From: Candidatus Latescibacterota bacterium
GTDB lineage: Bacteria; Latescibacterota; UBA2968; UBA8231
DNA: 64,000 bases
Direction of reading: 5' to 3'
Assembly: GCA_965203175.1 (NCBI GenBank)
Contig: OZ241867.1
Location: forward strand, 3,136,001 to 3,200,000
The notes below the pieces were generated by a model, which searched no databases, was not told the DNA's origin, and saw only the letters and a list, made by a program, of their open reading frames with translations. Below are positions 37,677 to 47,078 of this stretch, piece by piece (the stretch's first letter is position 1; every line of letters starts with the position of its first letter). The position numbers and the translations under genes were made by a program.

Positions 37677-39643
37677 TGGCTAACGAACTGACCAGCTACC
37701 GCGACCTGATGCAGCCCCCGACGCGCTTTCGCGAGGGCTTTACTGCGCGCACTGTGGCCGGGGCGTTCTTCGTCGGTTTTATCATGATGCCCGGTGCTAT
37801 TTACATGGGCCTGATTGCCGGCGCATCGCTCGGTGCGGCCGCCGAGTGGGTGACCATCATCCTGTTTTCCGAGCTGGCGCGGCGTTCCTTTTCTTCGCTG
37901 ACGCGGCAGGAGATATACCTGATCTACTACATTGCTGGCGGCTTGGCCGGCGTTATCGGCGGTACCATGCTGGCTGGGGGGCCGTTTGGGCAACTGGTGT
38001 GGAACCAGTACCTCGCGCAGTCGCAGGCCGCGGCTGGCTTTGGCATTGCCGAGCACATCCCAGAATGGGTCGCGCCGCCGGTCGGTTCAGACGCGCTGGT
38101 CGGGCGCAGCTTTTTGCACCGGGCGTGGATTCCGCCGGTGGTCGTGCTAGTGGCCTCGCAGGTGTTGTCGCGGGTCGAGTGGTTCACGCTCGGCTACATT
38201 CTCTTTCGGGTCACGTCCGATGTGGAGCGCTTGCCCTTTCCGTTGGCACCGGTAGCCGCACAGGGGGCGACGGCTCTGGCCGAGGCCGACGAGGGGCGGG
38301 ATAGCTGGCGGTGGCGGGTTTTCTCAGTGGGCATGGGGATTGGGTTGCTGTTCGGCGCGGTGTACGTGGGGTTGCCTGCGCTGACCGGGTTGATCGCTAG
38401 CGATCCCATCGTTCTGCTGCCCATTCCTTGGATCGATCTGACGCGCGCGACGCAGGACGTTTTGCCGGCCGCGCCTTTGGGCATTGGCACGGACTTGGGC
38501 TTGGTGCTGTTGGGGATGGTGCTGCCGTTTTGGATCGTCGTTGGCACGTTTGCTGCGGCCATGGTTCACGCCTTGGGCAGCCCGGTTCTCTATCACGCGG
38601 GCATGCTGACGCACTGGCGGCCGGGCATGGACGCGATTCTGACGAATTTTGCCAATGACATCGACGTGTGGATGAGCGTGTACATTGGCGCGGGCGCGGC
38701 CGTAGGAGCAATTGGTCTAGTGCACGCCGTGCTGTCGGTGCGGGCCGCGCGCCGTCAGGGCGGGCATCGCCCGTTGCGGGATACGCCGGCGGGCCGGGGC
38801 GACTTCCCGCTGTGGATAGCGATTGTTGGATACGCACTATCGACGCTGGCTATGATTTGGCTCTGCGTGTTGCTGCTGGAAGACGATGAGTTTCCGCTGG
38901 TCTTTTTGCTGCTCTTCGGCTTCGTGGTGACGCCGGTGATTTCATACGTCAATGCGCGCATGGCCGGGTTGACGGGTCAGTTGGTCAGCTTTCCGCTGCT
39001 GCGCGAAGGCGCTTTTATCTTGAGCGGCTACAAAGGCATTGATATATGGTTCGCGCCCATTCCGTACGCTGACCACGGCCGGCGCGCCCAGCTCTTCCGC
39101 GAAGTGGAGCTGACCGGCACGCGCTTCTCGTCAATTATCAAGGCCGAGCTGTTGCTGTTGCCGCTGAGCTTGGTCTGCGGTTTTGTGTTTTGGTCGCTGG
39201 TCTGGCAGATGGAGCCCATTCCCTCGCCGACCTTCCAATACGCGCAGACGTATTGGCACCTCATTGCGCTGCGCCAGTGCTTGTGGTATTCGGCGACGTT
39301 GGGCGGGGAGACGCTTTTTGAGCAGGCGATTAAGGGCTGGTGGATCGCGGGGAGTTTTGTGATGGCCGGAGGGCTATTTGGGGTGATGTCGTGGTTGGGG
39401 TGGCCGATTTCGCTGGTGTACGGGTTTGTGCGCGGCCTGGGGGGGCTGCCGCATTTGCTGATCCCGGAGATGGCCGGTGCTCTGCTGGCCCGCTATTGGC
39501 TGGAGCCGCGCTTTGGGACGCAGCAGTGGCGGCAATACGCGCCGGTGTTGTTGGCTGGCTACGCCTGCGGCATGGGCTTGGTGGGCATGTCGGCGGTGGC
39601 GATTGCGTTAATATCTAAGTCGGTGACGCAATTGCACTATTGA
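37673..39643 (+). CDS. OPT-like putative peptide transporter
   Basis: AAEWVTIILFSE and DVERLPFPLAPV motifs; many TM helices; overlaps the upstream stop codon. Confidence 0.75.
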   Translation: MMANELTSYRDLMQPPTRFREGFTARTVAGAFFVGFIMMPGAIYMGLIAGASLGAAAEWVTIILFSELARRSFSSLTRQEIYLIYYIAGGLAGVIGGTMLAGGPFGQLVWNQYLAQSQAAAGFGIAEHIPEWVAPPVGSDALVGRSFLHRAWIPPVVVLVASQVLSRVEWFTLGYILFRVTSDVERLPFPLAPVAAQGATALAEADEGRDSWRWRVFSVGMGIGLLFGAVYVGLPALTGLIASDPIVLLPIPWIDLTRATQDVLPAAPLGIGTDLGLVLLGMVLPFWIVVGTFAAAMVHALGSPVLYHAGMLTHWRPGMDAILTNFANDIDVWMSVYIGAGAAVGAIGLVHAVLSVRAARRQGGHRPLRDTPAGRGDFPLWIAIVGYALSTLAMIWLCVLLLEDDEFPLVFLLLFGFVVTPVISYVNARMAGLTGQLVSFPLLREGAFILSGYKGIDIWFAPIPYADHGRRAQLFREVELTGTRFSSIIKAELLLLPLSLVCGFVFWSLVWQMEPIPSPTFQYAQTYWHLIALRQCLWYSATLGGETLFEQAIKGWWIAGSFVMAGGLFGVMSWLGWPISLVYGFVRGLGGLPHLLIPEMAGALLARYWLEPRFGTQQWRQYAPVLLAGYACGMGLVGMSAVAIALISKSVTQLHY

Positions 39644-39649
39644 GGCTCG

Positions 39650-40636
39650 TCAGCCGCGCAGGGCTTGGCGAAGACCAAAAGCGCGTTTGACCCAGCGGCT
39701 CTTGTAGCCGACGACTGCGTAGTACGGCACGAGGTCGCAGCCAAAGCCGCGCTTGAAAAAGGCGATGCTCGGCATGTTGGCGCCGACGAAGTCAAAGTAC
39801 TGTTGGGAACAGGTCTCCCAGTACTGCCAGAACAAAAGCGAATTCGCGCCCGTGTGGTTGAAGGCGGGATCCGAACCCCCGGTCCAGAAATAAGCGGTGT
39901 CGTGGCCTTCGGCAAAGACGACGAGGCCCGCGACTGTCCCCTCCGGGTCGGCAATTTTGTACGCCTTGGCTAGGCCGGCCTCTAAGACTAAAGCGACAAA
40001 GCGCTCGGCTATCGTGGAGGCGACCGGGGGGCCGCTGGTTTGGTTGGAGTACGTGGCTTCGTAGTGCTGCCGAAAAAGCGCGGTGTCATCCGTGGTTTGG
40101 AGTTGATAGCCCAGTTTTTCGGCTTTGCGGATGTCGCGGCGTCTGAGGTTTGCCAGTCCTTCCCAGAGAGTGTCGCTAGCGCCGAGGGTCAGCCGGTAGG
40201 TGTAGCGCAGGTGCGCGTCCCAACCCTGCCAAGTGAAGGGACGCACGTCGGCGATGGTCGGTGCGTGGACTAGGAAGGTGCGGTGGTAGTGCTTGGCGAT
40301 ATAATCGAGCAGGTGCGTACAAGCGCGATGTTGGGCGGCTTCGACCGTGGCAGGTCTCTTGCTGTCGACCGGAGCTAGGAGTAGGCCGGTGTGAGGCGTC
40401 AGCTCCGGGGTTTCGAGGCGGTAGAGGCCCCAGCGCCGGCGGGCTAGGCCGCTGAGGCCGGCGACGAGGGAACCATTGCGGTAGCAACCGAGGCGGTGGA
40501 CTTGACCGTCGGTGGCGGCCGCAGCACAGCGGAGCCACGCACTGGTGGAAAATACTGTGCCGCCGACGGCTTGGTGAACGAAGGCGTCCCAAGCAGTGTC
40601 GTCGGCGACGAGCTGGATTTCAAAGGTGTCGGCCAC
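39650..40636 (-). CDS. FemAB-like GNAT-family protein
   Basis: WDAFV...GGTVF, RRRDIRKAEK, FDFVGAN...FKRGFG. Confidence 0.82.
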   Translation of the reverse strand: MADTFEIQLVADDTAWDAFVHQAVGGTVFSTSAWLRCAAAATDGQVHRLGCYRNGSLVAGLSGLARRRWGLYRLETPELTPHTGLLLAPVDSKRPATVEAAQHRACTHLLDYIAKHYHRTFLVHAPTIADVRPFTWQGWDAHLRYTYRLTLGASDTLWEGLANLRRRDIRKAEKLGYQLQTTDDTALFRQHYEATYSNQTSGPPVASTIAERFVALVLEAGLAKAYKIADPEGTVAGLVVFAEGHDTAYFWTGGSDPAFNHTGANSLLFWQYWETCSQQYFDFVGANMPSIAFFKRGFGCDLVPYYAVVGYKSRWVKRAFGLRQALRG

Positions 40637-40706
40637 AGGGGATTTCGCGGTTGGGATTCAATGCGTGCGGTAAATTAGGGCAGGATGGACGATTCCGCTA
40701 CATCGC

Positions 40707-40735
40707 TTGACATTCCCCTTGGCGCGCCGTATATT
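40707..40735 (+). promoter_or_regulatory. Sigma70-type promoter of the ilvC-leu operon
   Basis: TTGACA-N17-TATATT. Confidence 0.75.
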
Positions 40736-40782
40736 GGAACCTTCCTAAATTGAACGCTAACTTCTTGGATTACTTAGGTTTA

Positions 40783-40899
40783 ATGACAATGAGCGCGCCG
40801 TTCCAGTTCCCGCGTATTTTCCGCCCGACGCCATTGTGGGCGCGCCTCCGACTTCTCCTCCTCGACTTACTGCTTATTATTGGCCGGCCGGTCAAGTAG
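40783..40899 (+). CDS. Putative Leu/Ile-rich leader peptide
   Basis: Manual translation MTMSAPFQFPRIFRPTPLWARLRLLLLDLLLIIGRPVK*, lying between the promoter and ilvC. Confidence 0.7.
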   Translation: MTMSAPFQFPRIFRPTPLWARLRLLLLDLLLIIGRPVK

Positions 40900-41022
40900 G
40901 CTTCGCTCCTCGTTCCACGTTTAACAGCCCAATTAATGGACGAAGCCGCTGCAAACGCATAGGCTGTCAGCTAACTATGTCTATCAAACACTCTCAACGC
41001 CCTCAGTGAAGGAGAATTTTTC

Positions 41023-42015
41023 ATGCAGATGTACTACGACAACGACGCCAACCTCGATTTGCTCTCGGACAAGACCGTGGCCGTCATCGGCTACGGCAGC
41101 CAGGGCCACGCGCATTCGCTCAACCTGTCGGAGAGCGGCGTCAAGGTGGTGGTGGGCCTGCGCGCGGGCAGCCAGCGGCGCGCTGAGGCCGAGGCCGAAG
41201 GGCTGGAGGTAGCCGATGTGGCTGAGGCCAGCAAGCGGGGGGACATCGTGGTGATCCTGATCAACGACGAGGTCCAGAAGGCCGTGTACGAAGCCGATAT
41301 CCTCCCCAATCTCGAAGCGGGCAATGCCCTCGCCTTTGCCCACGGGTTTAACATTCACTTTGGGCAAGTAGTGCCGCCGGCCGATGTCGATGTGTTCATG
41401 GTCGCACCCAAAGGGCCGGGGCACTTGGTGCGCCGCGTGTACCAGCAGGGGGGTGGCGTGCCGGGCCTGTTGGCCGTGTACCAAGACGCCACCGGCCGGG
41501 CGCACGAGGTCGGCTTGGCCTATGCCAAGGGGATTGGCTGCGGTCGGGCCGGAGTCATTGAGACGACCTTCCGCGAGGAGACGGAGACCGACTTGTTCGG
41601 CGAGCAGGTGGTGCTGTGCGGTGGGTTGACCGAATTGATCCGCGCGGCGTTTGACACGCTCGTCGAGGCTGGTTACCAGCCCGAGGTCGCTTACTTCGAA
41701 TGTCTGCACGAGGTCAAGCTGATCGTCGATCTGATCTACGAGGGCGGCATTGCCAACATGCGCTCGTCGATTTCGGATACCGCGGAGTTTGGCGATTTGA
41801 CGCGCGGGCGGCGGGTGATAACCGAGCAGACGCGAGCGGAAATGAAGCAGATTCTCGCCGACGTGCAAAACGGTCACTTTGCGCGGGAATGGCTGGCCGA
41901 AAACCAAGTGGGCCGCCCGGTGTACAATGCGATCAAGCGCCGCGATTCCGAGCACCTGATCGAGACCGTCGGCACCCGGCTGCGCGCGATGATGAGCTGG
42001 CTGGACGACAAATAA
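41023..42015 (+). CDS. ilvC: Ketol-acid reductoisomerase
   Basis: [25 protein letters not shown]. Confidence 0.97.
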   Translation: MQMYYDNDANLDLLSDKTVAVIGYGSQGHAHSLNLSESGVKVVVGLRAGSQRRAEAEAEGLEVADVAEASKRGDIVVILINDEVQKAVYEADILPNLEAGNALAFAHGFNIHFGQVVPPADVDVFMVAPKGPGHLVRRVYQQGGGVPGLLAVYQDATGRAHEVGLAYAKGIGCGRAGVIETTFREETETDLFGEQVVLCGGLTELIRAAFDTLVEAGYQPEVAYFECLHEVKLIVDLIYEGGIANMRSSISDTAEFGDLTRGRRVITEQTRAEMKQILADVQNGHFAREWLAENQVGRPVYNAIKRRDSEHLIETVGTRLRAMMSWLDDK

Positions 42016-42175
42016 CAAATAGGAAAACCTTGAGAGGAGGTGAGCGCGATGGAACCCCTACTTAGCGAGTTGAGTTCCGACCCCGACCTTTGGTCGGTAG
42101 GCGGTCTCTGCACGGCTGGAGGGGACCGTCTGCCGCTTGTACCACTTCATCCGGCCAGCCTGGGAAAAACACATC

Positions 42176-43735
42176 ATGGCTGATGCAAATCGCGTATATA
42201 TTTTCGACACCACGCTGCGGGATGCCGAGCAGACGCCCGGTGCCTCGCTGACCGTCCGGGAAAAGCTGGAAGTCGCCCACCAGTTGGCGCGGCTGAAGGT
42301 CGATATTATCGAGGCTGGCTTCCCAGTGTCCTCCAACGAGGACTTCGAGGCCGTGCGCCGTATTGGGCAGGAAGTTGCCGGACCGGTAATCTGCGGGCTG
42401 TCCCGCGCCGTGCCCAAGGACATTGACAGAGCTGGCGAGGCGCTCGGAGATGCGCCTCGGCCGCGGATCCACACCTTTATCGGCACGTCGGAGATCCACC
42501 TCAAAGGGCAAATGCGCAAGGGCCAAGAGGAGGTCTTGCAGATGGCGGTGTCCGCAGTCGAGCAGGCCAAATCCTATTGCGACGATGTCGAATTTTCGCC
42601 TATGGACGCTGCCCGCACTGATCCTGGTTATCTCTTTGAGGTCATCTCGGCGACGATTGCGGCGGGGGCTACGACGATCAACATTCCAGATACAGTGGGT
42701 TATGCCGTGCCCGAAGAATTCGGGGCGCTGATTGCGCGGATTATCGCCAAGGTTCCCAATAGCGGCGACGCCATCATCAGCGTCCACTGCCACGACGATC
42801 TGGGGATGGCCGTCATCAACACGCTCGCCGCGATCAAAAACGGAGCACGCCAAGCCGAATGCACGATCAACGGCTTGGGCGAGCGGGCCGGCAATTCCTC
42901 ATTGGAGGAGATCGTCATGGCGCTAAAGACGCGCCAGGACTACTTCGGCTTTGACACCGAGGTAGTCTCCGAGGAGATCGTCCCCACCAGCCGGTTGGTC
43001 AGCCGCTTGATGGGCATCGCGGTCCAGCCCAACAAGGCGATTGTCGGTGCCAACGCCTTTGCCCACAGCTCGGGCATCCACCAGGACGGAGTGCTCAAGC
43101 AGCGCGACACCTTTGAGATCATGGATCCGAAAGATGTGGGGCTGGAGGCCACCGAAATCGTGCTGACGGCGCGCTCGGGACGCGCTGCGCTGCGCCACCG
43201 GCTGCAGGTCTTGGGCTACGAGCTAGATCAGGCAAAGCTGGACAAGGTCTACGAGAAGTTCTTGGAACTGGCCGACAAGAAGAAGGAGGTCTTCGACGAG
43301 GACTTGGTCGAGATCTTCCACGATGATCCCGGCGAGGGCATAGCCTATTACGAGTTGAAGTATCTACATGCAGTCAGCCGCACCGGAGACGTGCCCTCGG
43401 CGACGGTGCGTTTGAGCATCGCCGGTGGCGAGCCTGTGGAGGGAGCGGCTCAGGGCGACGGGCCGGTGGACGCTACTTATGAAGCCATTCACCGAGCTCT
43501 CGCTAGCCATCCACTAGAAGATGACGATATACAACTGGACGATTATGCGATTCGCGCGATCACCTCCGGTAGCCAGGCACTGGGCGAGGTGACGGTACAT
43601 CTGTCGAGAAGTGGAGAACAGGCGCGGGGCCGGGGCGTTTCGACCGACGTTATCGAGGCCAGTGCGAGGGCTTATGTCGATGCGCTGAATCGCCTAGCCG
43701 CAAAGAACGCTAAAGAACAGCATCAGACCGTGTAG
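42176..43735 (+). CDS. leuA: 2-isopropylmalate synthase
   Basis: FDTTLRDAEQ, HCHDDLG, GERAGN, HSSGIHQDG. Confidence 0.96.
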   Translation: MADANRVYIFDTTLRDAEQTPGASLTVREKLEVAHQLARLKVDIIEAGFPVSSNEDFEAVRRIGQEVAGPVICGLSRAVPKDIDRAGEALGDAPRPRIHTFIGTSEIHLKGQMRKGQEEVLQMAVSAVEQAKSYCDDVEFSPMDAARTDPGYLFEVISATIAAGATTINIPDTVGYAVPEEFGALIARIIAKVPNSGDAIISVHCHDDLGMAVINTLAAIKNGARQAECTINGLGERAGNSSLEEIVMALKTRQDYFGFDTEVVSEEIVPTSRLVSRLMGIAVQPNKAIVGANAFAHSSGIHQDGVLKQRDTFEIMDPKDVGLEATEIVLTARSGRAALRHRLQVLGYELDQAKLDKVYEKFLELADKKKEVFDEDLVEIFHDDPGEGIAYYELKYLHAVSRTGDVPSATVRLSIAGGEPVEGAAQGDGPVDATYEAIHRALASHPLEDDDIQLDDYAIRAITSGSQALGEVTVHLSRSGEQARGRGVSTDVIEASARAYVDALNRLAAKNAKEQHQTV

Positions 43736-43747
43736 AGGAGATTGGAG

Positions 43748-45145
43748 ATGGGTAAGACCCTGTTGCACAAGGTTTGGGACGCGCACACTGTGCGCGAGTT
43801 GCCCTCTGGGCAGACGCAATTGTTCGTTGGCCTGCATTTGGTCCACGAGGTGACCAGTCCCCAGGCCTTTGAGATGCTGCGGGAGCGCGGCCTCACCGTC
43901 CGTTTCCCAAAGCGCACCTTTGCCACCGTGGATCACATCGTGCCCACGGACTTGGTGCAGCGGCCTTTTGTCGATGACTTGGCCGAGGAGATGATGGACG
44001 CGATCGAGCAGAATGCCGCCGAATTTGAGATCCCGTTGTTCAACATCGACGATCAGCGCCAGGGGGTGGTCCACGTCATCGGCCCGGAGTTGGGATTGAC
44101 CCAGCCGGGCATGACCATTGCCTGCGGCGACAGCCATACTTCGACGCACGGGGCTTTTGGCGCGGTGGCCTTTGGCATTGGCACCAGCCAAGTGCGCGAC
44201 GTGCTCGCCACTCAGTGCTTGGCCATGGACCCGCTCAAGGTGCGGCGGATTGAAGTTAGCGGTGCGCTGAGCGAGGGGGTGTACGCCAAGGACGTCATCT
44301 TGCATATCATCGGCCTGCTCGGGGTCAATGGCGGCGTTGGCTACGGCTATGAGTACGGCGGCTCAGTCATTGAGGCTATGTCCATTGAAGAGCGGATGAC
44401 GGTGTGCAACATGTCGATTGAGGGCGGCGCTCGGGCCGGCTACGTCAATCCCGACCAGACGACGTACGACTATCTCAACGGGCGGTCCCACGCGCCGCGC
44501 AATTTTGGGTCTGCGGTCGAGTGGTGGGAGTCCATGGCCTCGGATGCAGACGCCGAATACGACGACCTAGTCCAAATCGACGGCCGCGAAATCGGCCCGA
44601 CCGTGACGTGGGGCATTACGCCGGGCCAATCGGTCGGCGTTGACCAAGCTTTGCCCGACCTAGACGCTTTTGCCGATGCCGACCGCTCCACCGTCCAGGA
44701 AGCCTTCGATTACATGGACTTTGAGCCGGGTCAGAGGATCGCCGGGACCAAAGTAGATGTGGCGTTTATCGGTTCCTGTACCAACGGTCGGCTCTCGGAT
44801 TTGCGCGAAGCAGCCCGAGTCGCTCGCGGGCGCAGGGTAGCCTCTGGCGTCCGCGCCCTCGTGGTGCCTGGGTCGCAGCAGGTGCGAGCCGAGGCCGAGG
44901 CCGAGGGCTTGCACGAGATCTTCGCAGAGGCCGGGTTCCAGTGGCGGGGAGCGGGTTGCTCCATGTGCTTGGCGATGAATCCCGACAAACTCCAAGGCCG
45001 CGAACTGTGCGCCTCGTCGTCCAACCGCAACTTCAAGGGCCGGCAGGGCAGTCCCACCGGTCGCACTTTGCTGATGAGTCCGGCAATGGTCGCGGCGGCG
45101 GCGGTGGCAGGTGAGGTGGCGGATGTGCGGGAATTGGTTGGGTAG
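43748..45145 (+). CDS. leuC: 3-isopropylmalate dehydratase large subunit
   Basis: [31 protein letters not shown]. Confidence 0.97.
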   Translation: MGKTLLHKVWDAHTVRELPSGQTQLFVGLHLVHEVTSPQAFEMLRERGLTVRFPKRTFATVDHIVPTDLVQRPFVDDLAEEMMDAIEQNAAEFEIPLFNIDDQRQGVVHVIGPELGLTQPGMTIACGDSHTSTHGAFGAVAFGIGTSQVRDVLATQCLAMDPLKVRRIEVSGALSEGVYAKDVILHIIGLLGVNGGVGYGYEYGGSVIEAMSIEERMTVCNMSIEGGARAGYVNPDQTTYDYLNGRSHAPRNFGSAVEWWESMASDADAEYDDLVQIDGREIGPTVTWGITPGQSVGVDQALPDLDAFADADRSTVQEAFDYMDFEPGQRIAGTKVDVAFIGSCTNGRLSDLREAARVARGRRVASGVRALVVPGSQQVRAEAEAEGLHEIFAEAGFQWRGAGCSMCLAMNPDKLQGRELCASSSNRNFKGRQGSPTGRTLLMSPAMVAAAAVAGEVADVRELVG

Positions 45146-45158
45146 AGGAGAAGATACC

Positions 45159-45752
45159 ATGGAAAATTCGAGTGTGATTCAGACGATAACTGGCCGCGGC
45201 GTGGTGGTGCGTGGAGCGGATATTGATACCGACCGCATCATTCCGGCTCGCTTTTTGCGGACGGTGACATTTGAGAATTTGGGTGCCCACGCCTTTGAGG
45301 ATGATCGCGCCGGTGGCGACCATCCCTTTGACCAAGCGCGCTTCCAAGGAGCGTCGATCCTGTTGGCCAATGCCAATTTCGGCTGCGGGTCCTCGCGCGA
45401 ACACGCGCCGCAGGCTCTGATGCGCTGGGGGATCAAGGGTTTTGTCGCTGAGTCCTTTGCCGAGATTTTCTTTGGCAACTGCATCGCTATGGGATTGCCC
45501 TGTGTGCGGGTGGCGGCTGGGGACATGCAGACTTTGATGGACGCGGTCGAGAGCGATCCGGCGCAGGAGGTGGTCATTGACCTTGGAGCGCGGCAGGTGC
45601 GCTGGGCCGGTGGCCAAGTTGCAGCCGATATTGCCGACGGCCCGCGCGAGCAGTTTCTCAAGGGGAGTTGGGATTCGCTGGGTCAGCTCTTGGCCGCTGG
45701 CGACCAGATTGAGAGCACCACGCGGAAGCTGCCGTACGTGGCGGGGTTTTGA
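45159..45752 (+). CDS. leuD: 3-isopropylmalate dehydratase small subunit
   Basis: IDTDRIIPA, NFGCGSSREHAP. Confidence 0.96.
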   Translation: MENSSVIQTITGRGVVVRGADIDTDRIIPARFLRTVTFENLGAHAFEDDRAGGDHPFDQARFQGASILLANANFGCGSSREHAPQALMRWGIKGFVAESFAEIFFGNCIAMGLPCVRVAAGDMQTLMDAVESDPAQEVVIDLGARQVRWAGGQVAADIADGPREQFLKGSWDSLGQLLAAGDQIESTTRKLPYVAGF

Positions 45753-45765
45753 AAGAGGTGATAAG

Positions 45766-45993
45766 ATGGGCCACATCAAGATAAATGGACAGAAAATTAC
45801 CAACCCATTGTCCCGCGCACTGGTTCTGACGGCAGTCGCGCTGATTTTCGCTTTCATCACAGGTGTGGTCCTGATCAACATCGGGATCGCACTGGCGGTT
45901 ACAATCATCATTGCCGTGGTGCTGCTGCTAGCCGCCCCGGTGGTTACGGGACTGATTTGGCTCGCCAAACTAATCCATAAAAGAGGGAGATAA
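45766..45993 (+). CDS. Small hydrophobic membrane protein (75 aa)
   Basis: RBS GAGGTG before ATG; fills the leuD-leuB gap exactly. Confidence 0.65.
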   Translation: MGHIKINGQKITNPLSRALVLTAVALIFAFITGVVLINIGIALAVTIIIAVVLLLAAPVVTGLIWLAKLIHKRGR

Positions 45994-45997
45994 ATAA

Positions 45998-47056
45998 TTG
46001 CACAAAATTGCCGTAATACCCGGAGACGGAACAGGGCCTGAAGTGGTCGTCGAGGGGCTGAAAGCACTCGACGCTGTAGCCGCTAAGCAGGGATTCGAAT
46101 ACGAGACCGTGGATTTTGACTTTGGCGGCGACCGCTACTTGCGCACCGGCGAGGTCTTGCCCGAGTCGGCGGCCGACGACTTTAGGCAGTTCGACGCCAT
46201 TTACCTAGGGGCCATCGGCCACCCCGACGTAAAGCCGGGTATCCTCGAAAAGGGCATTCTACTGAGGCTGCGCTCTGAGTTGGACCAGTACATCAACCTC
46301 CGCCCGGTCAAGCTCTATCCCAACGTGCCGACGCCGATTAAGGACAAGGGACCGGAGGACATCGACTTTGTGGTGGTGCGTGAAAATACTGAGGGACTAT
46401 ACGCGGGTTCTGGCGGCTTCCTCAAAAAGGGTACGCCCGACGAGATCGCAGTGCAGGAGTCAATCAACACCCGCAAGGGCGTCGAGCGTTGCTTGCGCTA
46501 CGCCTTTGAGTACACCCAACGGCGCAATAAGGACAACACCTTGACGCTGTGCGGCAAGACCAACGTGCTGACGTACGCCTTTGACCTGTGGGAGCGGGTG
46601 TTTGAGGAAATTGGCGCGGCTGACTATCCGGCCATCAAGCGCGACTACGCCCACGTCGATGCCATCTGCATGTGGATGGTCAAAAATCCCGAGTGGTTCG
46701 ATGTGGTAGTTACCGACAACATGTTCGGAGACATAATCACGGATTTAGGCGCGATGATCCAGGGCGGAATGGGCATTGCTGCGGGCGGCAATATCAACCC
46801 TGAAGGCGTGTCGATGTTCGAGCCGATCGGCGGTTCGGCTCCCAAGTACACCGGTCAGAATATCATTAATCCGCTGGCCGCCATCGGCGCTTGTCAGCTC
46901 ATGCTCGACACGCTCGGCGAGCACGAGGGTGCCAACATTTTGGAGGGCGCTATCGTCTCGACGCTGGGCAAGCTCGAAGATATGGGCGCGGGGAGAATGG
47001 GGTATTCGACGACGGAAGTAGGCGACCTAGTAGCCCAGGCCGTGGCCGACGCCTAG
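45998..47056 (+). CDS. leuB: 3-isopropylmalate dehydrogenase
   Basis: [30 protein letters not shown]; operon context. Confidence 0.92.
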   Translation: MHKIAVIPGDGTGPEVVVEGLKALDAVAAKQGFEYETVDFDFGGDRYLRTGEVLPESAADDFRQFDAIYLGAIGHPDVKPGILEKGILLRLRSELDQYINLRPVKLYPNVPTPIKDKGPEDIDFVVVRENTEGLYAGSGGFLKKGTPDEIAVQESINTRKGVERCLRYAFEYTQRRNKDNTLTLCGKTNVLTYAFDLWERVFEEIGAADYPAIKRDYAHVDAICMWMVKNPEWFDVVVTDNMFGDIITDLGAMIQGGMGIAAGGNINPEGVSMFEPIGGSAPKYTGQNIINPLAAIGACQLMLDTLGEHEGANILEGAIVSTLGKLEDMGAGRMGYSTTEVGDLVAQAVADA

Positions 47057-47078
47057 GGCGATGGAGGGAAGCGACACC

